Assembly: GCF_964355755.1 (NCBI RefSeq)
Contig: NC_092679.1
Span: 10,709,432-10,773,431, forward strand
Origin: Antedon mediterranea
Lineage: Eukaryota; Animalia; Echinodermata
Direction: 5' to 3'
DNA: 64,000 nt
Positions 27,701-39,700 of this stretch are shown piece by piece. Positions within the stretch are counted from its first letter, which is position 1. Every line of letters begins with the position of its first letter. A program made the position numbers and the translations under genes. The notes below the pieces were generated by a model. It saw only the letters and a program-made list of their open reading frames with translations. It made no database searches and was not told where the DNA came from.

Positions 27701-30700
27701 CATAGATGATGTTGTTTCATCAGTGTTGAATCAAAGTGTAAAGTGCTACTATATGCAGATGACTGTGCCATCTTGTATTCAGACCGAAACCCTAATACTA
27801 TTTCGGCTGTACTTAGTACTTCGTTAAATCTTTGTAATGAGTGGCTTATTGATAACGGACTTACAATTCATCCAGGTAAAACTGAATGCATTCTTTTGGG
27901 AACTAAACATCGATTAAAAATTTCTCATTTCAACTCAATGCTCTTGAATGTGATATAAGGTATCTAGGTGTCCAGATTGACCAACAGGCTTCAAGAAATC
28001 TGATTGCCAATTCAGTAATAATAACTAGCGCAAATAGACGTTTAAAATTTATGTACAGACAGTCCAAATATCTTGATTTTTGTAGTAGGAAACTTCTCTC
28101 TTCAGATCTAAATTAGCCTATTTTTGACTATGCTTCCCCAGCATGGTATAATGACTCTTCTCAGGTACATAAACACAGGCTTCAGACTACTCAAAACAAA
28201 ATATTCAGATTTATTACTGAATCAGATTCGAGATCTCATGTTGGTCAATCTGAGCTGAAATCAATCGGATATCTGAACGTTCCAGAAAGAGTTAAGTTCA
28301 AATGTTTATGCAATGTATATAAAATTTTTAATAATTCTGCCCCAATGTATCTAAATAGTAACTTTGTTCGTATTGTTGATTATCACTCTAGAAGGACACG
28401 TAGTGCCACAAATTTAAACTAGAATTTAATTCGTCACTTTGACGAATTATAGGTGATCATTTTTATCATTTTAATAAAATTAACATTTTTTAAACATGCA
28501 TGTACGTTAACATACGATCGTTAAAAGTTGATGTACGCCATCCTATGACATGATTGCATATACACTTATAGTGCTGAGTTCTACCTATGTGTCATACAAT
28601 ATGTACAGTATATACTGTATATCTATATACAGTGTAGCATAGGTGAAATTACGGGACTCATATCGTGTTCTAATTTTTTGGTATGATGGAATTTTCAAAA
28701 TAAACTCGAAGATGACAATTTCGAAAGATAATGAATTGAGCAAATAAATATAAGGATTGGAAGAAAATTTGACACGTAGAAGCGCAATGCGCGGTCTTTG
28801 AAATTTGTATAACTTTGACTAAAGAAATTTAAAAACTACTTTTTAACTTCAACTGGCCATATGATAACATCACAACATCCGATAGGCTTAATTTTAATAT
28901 GAATTCATATCTACATTTCATCAGCTTTCATAATAAGTTATAATCTTCAAGGTCACCTTTAATTCTGAAGAGCTATAAGATATTCAAATGTATGGTGTAG
29001 CTGAAATTACACGACCTAGGTTATTCAAGTTTTTACGCGTGATGACGTCATCAAAATAAAAATTTTGACAACTCATTAGAAGAATAATTAATTGAGCAAG
29101 CACATACTAAATGATGAGAGAGAGATGTGCTCTATTGAATGTGATAACCCACACAAAAAGATAAAAATTCCTAATTTTTAAATTCAAGTGGCCATTTGAT
29201 GACGTCATACCATTTTGTACGTCTAATGTGTATATACATTTGTATCTACAACTTATTGGCTTCCATAATAAATTGGGGGTCACCTGCCATTCTGAAGAGT
29301 TATATTCATTTTAAAAAGTCCTTTTTTTTTACCATTTTTAGCACTTTTGTACAATTAGTGTGCGCATTTTGTCATTTTTAACGTGCTCGTATAGCGTTAT
29401 TTTAAGTCGGAATGGACTCAAAATTGGTGAATGTACTAAGGATTGTGAGTAGAATGTGATTTATACATCAAATTTTATTTTTTACGCATTTTAAGAATCG
29501 TGCGCACAAAAACGCATTTTTGCGCAGTAATTTTTTGAAACGCGCAAATGGCCTAATTCATGCTCTAAATTGATCAAAACCTAATTTTGCGCGTTTTCAA
29601 TTTTTAACGCGCGATTTCACGTGCATGACCTTGAAACGCGCAACTTTTTATTTGCTAATATTTTTACCCTTGACCTGAAGTTTACCTGTAGTGAATTTCA
29701 TTAATATGTCATAATGAATTATGGAGATATGATTGATAAAGTGATTTCACAAAATGGCGTATAAATGACGTCACGGATGAGTGATCACGCTGGAATGCTG
29801 ATTAGGATTAAGTTATATTATTTGAAAGATATTCTGAAATTTTGGTAATCATTAACATTAAACTTTTTGAGATAATTGTTACACAAAATAGTGTACAGAA
29901 ACAATAAAAAGAAACTAGACATGAAACTCGTCACTTTGACGAGTTAGTTATCCGCACGACAAACGCCATGTGCACGTCATACGTTGGAATATTGCACACA
30001 GCAGATAAAGATTATGGCATTATGACCTGAACTGAAGAATATCATACGTTGTTAGTGCTGAATTCAGTCTATTTTGTGTCATATAGTAAATACAGTATAA
30101 TCTGTATACATATTACATTCAGTGTAGAATAGGTGAAATTACGTAACCCGCAATTTATTCAAATTTTTAACATGGTTACGGTATCAAAATGAAACACTAA
30201 GATAGCAATTTCGGGAGGAAATTATCTCAGTAACAACATATTAACGTGTAGAAGAAATTCGAATACGTGAAATATTGATGCACGCTCTTTTAAATGTAAT
30301 GAACTATGACGCAAAAGATGAAAATACGACTGTTTTTATTTAACTGGCCATATAATGACGTCACAACATCCGATTGGCAAAATGTTCACATGATTTCATA
30401 TCTACAATCCAATAGCTTCCAGAAAACATTTTAATCTTTAATTATCACATTTTATTCTTACGAGCTATAACAGATTAAAATTTACTGTAAAGATGAAAAT
30501 ACGTGAAAATATGATTTACATTTTTAGATATGATGACGTCATAAAAATTATAATATTTTTAACTCATACGAAAGATAGTTGATTGACCTAGACACTATTA
30601 AAATCTCGGAGAAAATGAAAAACGGATAAGTGGAGATGCGCTCCATTGAATGTGATGAGCAAAAACGAAAGAGACAAAAATCCCATATTTTACATTCGTG

Positions 30701-33700
30701 TGGCCATACGATGACGTCACAATGTCCGGATAGCCACATTAATGTTTGATCCGATATCTACCACTCATCAACTTCCAGAATACGTAATAAAAATAACTTT
30801 CACCGTTTAGTTTAGAAACTACGCCTGTTTAAAAAAAGGCATAATTTTGACGATTTTTTTAACTTATTGATCAAAAACGCTCACAAATTATCCAATTGGA
30901 CGTGCTCGTATGACGTAATTTTAAGTCGAAATTGTAGGAAAAGTTGGTAAAATTACTAGAAAAGGCTGGAAAAACATAAATCACGCAAAAAAAGTATGTT
31001 TTTAATTTGCGCACGCGTGGGAATTTTTGACATGTTTAAAATGACATGAAACGCGTAGAAAGTTGATTAGAAATTGATTTTTCGCATTTTTAAATTTTAA
31101 ACGCGCGCGTAACTTCTTGTAAAACATGCCATTTTTTGTGCACAAAAAGTTTGCCCTTGATATGACTTAAATTTTCACAAAGTGTAAAAACAAAATTACG
31201 CTTGGTTTTAAATCTATGATCAATTTAAAAAAATCATAAAATCACGCGTAAGTCACGTTGCGTAACTATGACGTCATTCAAAAATAGGAGGTGCACAACT
31301 TCACGTAAATGCCCATATGTTGACAAAGTTATGAAATGTTATGTTTACCCATTTTAGAGATACGCTCTGCACAAAAAGTGAGGGAGAAAGACTGAAGAAT
31401 AATGCCAAAAAAGACACAGGACAGTTACAAGGAGTTATCCGCTAAATGCGGATAACTAAAAAAAAAAGAAAAATAATAATAAAGATTTCATACAATAACA
31501 ATAGGTGATCATTTTATTCTAAATGATCACCTAATTATAGGATTCCAATAATTAAGGGCTGCGAACAAAAAACTTTTTATTACAACTCAATAAAAGCCTG
31601 GAACGCTATACCATTATATGTTAAAAGTAATATTTCATTAGAAATTTTAAATTGGCACTAAAAAAGCATCTCCTCAACATTTAATTCTCATGTGTAATAA
31701 ATTATATAAAGTTTTTAGTATAATGCAATAAATCAAATAATTTTCTGTAATCTGTAAATTAAGAATTAATATAAAATAAGTGTAAAGATTAATTTTAATT
31801 TTTTTACTTTAGTGCAATAAATCAATATTTGTATATGGCTCTTATAATAAATCTTTTTTAAATTAATTAAATTTGTGTGAGATAAATTGTAATTTTTAAA
31901 CTTTTATATTTATATACCATTTTTTGAAGGGTTCTTTTAATGTAATTTGTATGTTTTTTTTATGAGTTTCTTGTTTTTAGGACCCAAGTGGAAATAAGTT
32001 TTTAACTTTTCTTGGTATTCCTTGTAATCAAGGCCTGTGTTTCTGTGCAATTGTTTTTCTATTTTCTATGTATTATATCTTATTGTTTTTTAACCTTGAT
32101 TACCAAATAAAGAAATTAAAAAAAAAAAAACTATATCAAAAGTTCACCACAAAATATTGGAAAAAAAGAAAATGAATGAATACATTCAAGAGTTTAATTT
32201 TTTAACAATATGATCAACATGATCCTCCCAAGAAAATAAACTGTCAAAACAATACCTAGATATTTATTCTACTGGAGGAAATTAAACATTTCTTTGGAGG
32301 AACAATATCCATACAAAATGTAATATAACACAAACAGATTCAGTAATTGTTCTTTCATGTCCACAGCTATTTACAAAAACATCCCAGATACACTTGAAGG
32401 CCTCTAAGTTGTTCTTCCAACCATTTGCGTTTTGCCACTCCTTAGCCTTCCACTTTTTGACCACCGGTCTATATTTTGGTGAAAGAAGAACAGGGTGACT
32501 GATATCATCCTTAGTAGATTTATACATATTCTAAGTAGATTTATTATTCATACATTTTCTACTTTACATCATTTAAGAATTGTTGTCAAAATATGTTTTA
32601 TCCATTGCACAGTTATTGAAAATGTAGAAAAGGATGAACTGATGGCTATTATATATAATTCAAACTTCATACAGAAGAATATGATTTGCTTATGGGAACA
32701 AGCTTTGCAATACTACTATTCTGGAAGGTTTGTATTACTTACTACAACATTTAACAATAGTGTTTAGGCCAAATAAGACTTATTGTATTGTTTGCTTGTT
32801 ATACTATATTAAACCAATTACATTTACTATCCTGATTTCAATCTTATTTTTACCTATTTTTATATGTTGTAACACCGTGCCTGTGTCTTCTTTGAATGAT
32901 TTACTTAACATTGTGATTGTAGTTGTTGCTGTTTTCGTAGTTTTTAAAGCCCCATTCCCTACGTTTTTTAGATCTAATTTAAGATCACAAACTATATTTA
33001 ATGTAAAAATAATACTATATGGTCCTATTGCGATAACTTTTTTCGTCTTTAAATGGTTAAAAATGTGAAAAATAAGTCGATTCTAATAATTATAGCGGCC
33101 CGCTATAAATCCCAAAATGCATTGCGCGCGGATTGATATTTTTGTTTTTCACCTGTAATTCGCCCACTTTTCGATCGATCGTGAGGCCAAAACAAATGAA
33201 AGACTCCTAACTTTTCAGCGAAAATACGGGTTTTCCCCAATTTGTATCAACGGAGTCTGGCAAAAATAGAAAGACAATTAATGCAGCAACTATACAACGT
33301 CAGGCTAGGTATATAGCTCGCGTACGATGTTCGTACGTTACCGATGTTTACCAGCTAGGCCTACAAAACTAAGCCTAGCTAGGCTAGGCCTAGGCCTAAG
33401 ACCGTCCACGAGAGGTCGATCGCCGCGAGCTACTTAGGTAGTGCATTGTTTCTCACTTTTTATCATAATTCACCATAAAACGTACATTTAAGACAAGAAA
33501 TGACATGGTTTAATGTTTTTAAAGTGATATATATGTATTATTTTCCAAAAAACGTCCAAAATTGCAGGGAAGGGGTCTTTAACCTGCATTTCCCTACTAT
33601 TGATAATTTAATAAACTAGAGGGTTCGCTTGCACACCCTCTAGTGGGTGTACTTGAATGGTTTTTTCACCTATATGAATGCATGTGAGATTTTAACCTGT

Positions 33701-36700
33701 GCTAAAAATGAGTCTGGTAAGATGCGAAATGTATGCCAATTATGATTATGTACCCTATCAGAAATGATGTATGAGTACTTGACAGCAATTGGTGATCATA
33801 AAAACGTAAATGGAAAAAAGATACTCAATAGAATTGATAATTTGTAAAAATTTCATGGTTACTGCTGTATACTCTAGTAGTAGTAGCTAGATCAACTTTC
33901 TTATGCACTTTGAGGTCCAGAGAAATTGGTTTAGGGTGGTCAAACAATCATTATTGGCTTGGTTACACATTTTGAAAATGTGGCGATAGGTCAAAAGGTC
34001 AGGGTGAAAGGTCATAAGACCAAACACCAATATGCCCTTAAATCTCAACAACCACTGGTCACAGCGAAGTAATTTTGGTCTCAAATTGATCAGAAGGTAT
34101 ACATTTATATTCAGTCTAATGGGAACTACCGGTCGTAGACACTTGAATTTGGTTTTAAATTGTTCGAAATATATATTTTGTTATTTGTTACACATTTTGA
34201 AAAATGTTACAAAAGGTCAAAGGGTCAGGGTCAAGGGTTATATGAACAAATAAATAAAGGTACTTGTATCTCGGCAACCACTGGTCGCAGCAAGTCAATT
34301 TTGGTCTCATTTTGACATAATTTTATAATTTTTTGATATTAATTGTGCTGTATTTTTTTACATCTAGGTGGTATTTATTTGATTATACATGTTACCATAT
34401 TATACCCCAAATAAAGATGCCTCCCTAAAAACCCTTTTGAACAATAAATGCCCGGGGCGTTTAATCGGATACACATAGCAAGTTACTTCTAGCATTCTGA
34501 AAAGAACTGTTGAGCTTGACGTTTCTATCAAAATGTTCTTGGGGACAGCAATAACTAGTACTTAAAATTGAAACAATTTAAAGTATCAGTTATTGCATAA
34601 CATTACTGTCTAAGGATAAGTTATTGGTTATCCGCACTTGGCGGATAACCCCTTGTTATTGTCAGGATCTTTTTTTTTTTTTTTTTTCTATATTATTCTT
34701 TTTTCTTTCCCCGAATTTTGTTCGCAGCATATCTCTATTTTCTGGCCAACATAAGATTGTATAACTTTGTCATAAGGTTGACCTATAGCTGTAGATGTGC
34801 AGCCAAGCTTTTGGACGATTTTGGAGTTGCGCAGCGTAAGTTACGCGCGATTTTATGAATTTCAATGATTGATCATAGATTAAAAACCAAGTCATTTTCT
34901 ATTGAAACTTGGTGAAAATTTAAGTCATATCATGCGCAAACTTTCTATGGATTAAAAATGGCATGTTTTACATAAAGTTACGCGCGCACGCTTGTTCAAA
35001 ATTTCAAGATGCGCAAAATTCATTTCTAATCAACTTTCTACGCGTTTCATGTCATTTTGAGCATTTAAAAAATTCCCACGCGTGCGCAATATTTTTACGC
35101 GCGCGTGCGCACGTAAGGCTAAAACATGTTTTTTTTGCTTGATTTTTGTATTTTCAGCCTTCTGTAGTAATTTTACCAACTTTCAAACAATTTCGACTTA
35201 AAATCATGTCATACGAGCACGTAAAATTGAACAATTTGTGCTCGTTTTTTAAAAAAAATTTCAAAAATGTGTCAAAATTATACCTTTTTTTTGAACAGTC
35301 ATAGATTCTAAACTACATGGTGAATTTTATTTTTTATTACATATTCTGAAAGTAGATGAGTGGTAGATATCGAATCATACATCGTATGGCCACCCGAATA
35401 TCAAATATAGGATTTTTGTCTCTTTCGTCATAGCTCATCACATTTAATAGAGCGCATCACCACTTATCCGTATTCCATTTCCCTCAATTTTTTATATTGT
35501 CTAGGCCAATCAATTATCTTTCGCATGATATACCATTTTTAAAATTGTGATGACGTCATCATGTTCAAAAGCGTCAATAACTTTGGTCACTTATTTTCAC
35601 CTATTCTGCACTGTATGTAGTACGTATACAATATATTGTGTTATACCGTATATACTTAGAGGTGACGCAAAATAGAGAGCGCACTAACATTTTTTCAATG
35701 CCATAATCGTTTTTTTGCGCGCAATATTCTAAAGTATGACGTGCATGTGGCCTTTGCGCTGCGGATAACCTAACTCGTCCGAAGTGACGAGTTCAAATCT
35801 AGTGTAGAGATATGTTTTTTGTTTGAAACATTATTAATAGTATTTCTGTTCATCTTTTAACCACATTTTCTATTACAATGAATGTAAATATGTATATTTC
35901 GAACAATTTGATACCAAATTTAAGTTTCTACGACCAGTACTCACAGAGATATGAAGATGCCATGATATGTGGGTCAAAGGTCAGAAATGACATTTCTGAT
36001 AATTTTTGACTAAAATGTCCCATTAGATTGAATATGAAAGCATGCCTTCTGAACATTTTGTGACTAAAATTGACTTGCTGTGACGAGTGGTTGCTGAGAT
36101 ACAAGTATCTATTTATATTTGTTCATATAACCCTTGACCCTGACCCTTTGACCTTTTGTAACATTTTTAAAAATGTGCAACAAATAACAAAATGTTTATT
36201 TCAAACAATTTAAGACCAAATTCAAGTGTCTAGGATCAGTAGTTACGGAGATACATACATGCCCTGGGGTGTGGGTCAAAGGTCAGAAATTGCATTTCCG
36301 GTCATTTTTTACTAAAATGTCCCATTAAACTGAATATAAATGTATACCTTCTGATCAATTTGAGTCCAAAATTACCTCGCTGTGACCACTAGTTGTCGAG
36401 ATTTAAGGACCTATTGGTGTTTAGTTTGATAACCTTTCACCCTGACCTTTTGACCTTTCGCCACATTTTCAAAATGTGTAAGCAAGCCAATAATGATTGT
36501 TTGACCATCCTTAACCAATTTCTGAAGTCAAATTCTCTGGACCTCAAAGTGCATACGAAAGTTGATCTCGCTACTAGAGTAGTAATGATGTAAACATCTA
36601 ATCATAAGAATGTAAGATGCAAATAATATAATTGTTAAAGAACAGTGTACATGAAACCATATATATATATATTTGAACATTACACACAGGAGAAAACTGT

Positions 36701-39700
36701 CAATACAGGTGATCAATCGCTTATCACTTATAGGGTTACATTAACAGTTGTTTCAAAATTAGCTGGCGTTTTCTACATTAGCGGTTGTAACACAGCCTCA
36801 AAATCCACTAGAACAATATGTCTTTAAACAATCTTTATTTAAAAATCATTTATTAACACAATTTTGTATTTGTTGTTCAACTGATTAGATTTGGATTGTT
36901 CTTAATGCTATTACTACCACAAATGGAGATGGGAGTTAGGACAGTGTTTGTACAAGCCAACAACTGTCCTCATAGACTAGTCACAGCGGAGGTAAGAATA
37001 CATAAATTTATGTAAGGGAAAAATTTGGTAAATCACGCCTTACTTCTAGAATTTTTACTCGATGGTATATAAAGTTGGTTCATACATTCAGTACCGATTT
37101 TAACCACCTGATGTAACCCTGTTTGCTAATTAAATTGAGTTAAATAATTAGTTATTGACAATTAAAACAAATTTAGGCTCAACGATTTGCCCCAAATAGA
37201 GGTGTTTTCCAATCGTGGTATACACTGTTTAATGGATGTCCATCTTGAATAATTCCTGCACACACAATAATATGAGGATCTCCTCCTACGATAATTGTTT
37301 TTAACTAAATGGTACGCTCGCTTCGCTCGCGTACCATCTAGGTTGTGCCCACAGATGGTTCTGGAATACACAGTAATTTCAGCGTAACAAAACTGGCGAT
37401 TTCAAATGTACGTACCGCAGGACTATAATACATTGTTGTTTACAGAAACGAATAAATAGACACGATGATTTATGCAGTCAACTAAAATTAGCACCCTGGG
37501 AATTACTTCCGAAGGAGAAACTTATCACAAAATGAGTCCAAATTTTTGATTTGGACTCATTTAAAGAAATCCAATTTGTGTTTTGTATGGGTTTTTTTAT
37601 ATTAGGGTTGAGGGATGGGAAAGCGGATAGGTACAAAGAGGAACAATTTTTAAATATATTCTTTATCCACTCAGTAACGAAATATTTTTTTCATGTTTTA
37701 TAGGCCTATAAATAATATACCTCTAAATACAGTAAAACATTTGCGATTTAATACTTTGTTAAAACTGTCACTGTCATAATCGATTGAAATATTAAAGTAC
37801 ATGTCACGATACACCACTACGACGTTTATTTTATTTTATTGGTAATTATTAATTAATACAAACGTTGAGAAGGAACTGTCAGTATAAAGTTTATTTGTAT
37901 ATAATAATGTGTTTATATATCTAACAGTAGATCTTATCCACAATCTCAGTAATAAAGTTTATCTGTATATATTTTTATATTACATCTAACAGTACGAACA
38001 TTCACAGTAAGAAATGTTCGATTCAAATGAGGACTAAAAATAGTTAATAGGTATTTACAGTATTGTCAAAGTATTGCAAGTTTATTCTCAAAGGGCCCAT
38101 ATATTTACCTACCGTATGTGTTAAACCAAGGGCTCATAAATTTACCTACTTGTGTTAAACCAAACTCTGGCAGACTGAGAGATTGGGATGTTCCATTCAT
38201 CGCAAATCAATACATTTGTATAATCGTATATTAAATCTATCAAAATAGTATTTTTTTAAGAAAATCGGCCTGTCTTCAACATTATGATGGTGTACTCTAG
38301 CTGTTCAACCGGTTTTCAGCTATGAAAAACAATTATCGTAGGAGGAGATAGGAAAATGCGAAGCCTCCTCGCATTTTTGTGGCGGGTATTTTTCAAGATG
38401 GACATCCATTAGACAGTGTATACCACGATCGGAAAACACCCCTATTTGGGGCAAATCTTTGAACCTAAATTCGTTTTAATCGTCAATAACTAATTATCTA
38501 ACTTAATTTAATTAGTAAACAGGGTTACATCAGGTGGTTAAAATCAGTACCGAAAGTACGAACCAACTTTATATACCATCGAGTAAAAATTCTAGAAGTA
38601 AGGCGCGATTTACCGAATTTTGCCCTTACGTAAATTTATATATAGATAGCTGAAAACCGGTTGAACAGCTCGAGTACAGCATCATAATGTTGAAGACAGG
38701 CCGATTTTCTTTTAAAAATACTTTTTAACCAATACATTTGACTGGCTGCTGAAACTAAACACTGTTTTAATTTGGCGGCCCGGCATGGTATCTGTAGATC
38801 CAGCCATGGCGGTGCCAGGAGGTTGCGTAGTTTATACAGTGAAATAACATGGTCGCTGAGACATCAAATTACTTATTTTTTGCTTTTTTTTAGTGTTTAT
38901 CTTTAAAATTCAGGAAAGTGACATAGCCTATCGTGTCCGGCCCCTCAATAAAATTAGTGTGCCAAATGTGAGCAGGTACTGCAGTTTCGGAGGAGATAGG
39001 TAAAATTACGCGAAAAATTTAGTAGCATTAATATATAGATTAATTTTGATTTATTGGTTTGATATCAAGATAATTTATCATTTTTTTCATATAGAGTTCA
39101 GTACTTTTGATGAGGTGAGTGCTACATTTCTGTTTTAAGCATTGAAATGAATTACAACTGTAGGTTGTTATTGTTTTAACAATATAGGATATTCATGGTT
39201 GTTTATATCTTCACAAACAAAAATATTTTGTCTGGTTTATTTTTCTTTTGGCATGTGATCATTATTCATTATGAATTGTTTCTCTGAAAATTTATAACAT
39301 AAAAATGTATTTTTAGATGTTGTGTCTACAAGTCGAAGATGGAAAAAAGAATGCTTTAATTGCTAAAGTCGGAGAGTCATATATGGTATTTGTATATTGG
39401 TTTGTGTTTATAAATTTGACAGAAATAGAGAAGCTCTAAACTGCCCAGTGATATACTAGAAGTTCATTAACAGTGAAGAAACAAATCTGTCAGAAAGTGA
39501 AAAAGCTGCCTTAACCAGATTTAAAACCAGATTGGTATGACATCCTAAATCTTAGAACTCTAGGTCCTGGTTCAGCACCAAGGAAAATATTATTATTATA
39601 ATAGAATAATATCATGTGTAAATTTACTGTTCTTTGTATATATTTTTCATACTTGCATAGATATTTTGAAGTTTAAAATGGCATTTACAGTTTCTTTATT

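Larger units (their letters stand above)
24840..32130 (+). mobile_element. LINE (Crack/L2/CR1 group) ORF2 pseudogene with 3-prime UTR and polyA, interrupted twice
   Basis: APE motifs HLNARSL, VTETWL, YRPP, GDFN, SDH; RT motifs [44 protein letters not shown]; resumes at 31534 ([12 protein letters not shown]); A-tail at about 32119-32130; several frameshifts. Confidence 0.92.

Noticed and set aside
32282-32527. Minus-strand 81-aa ORF
   Set aside because: No recognisable motif or supporting exon chain; it is antisense within an ERMARD intron.
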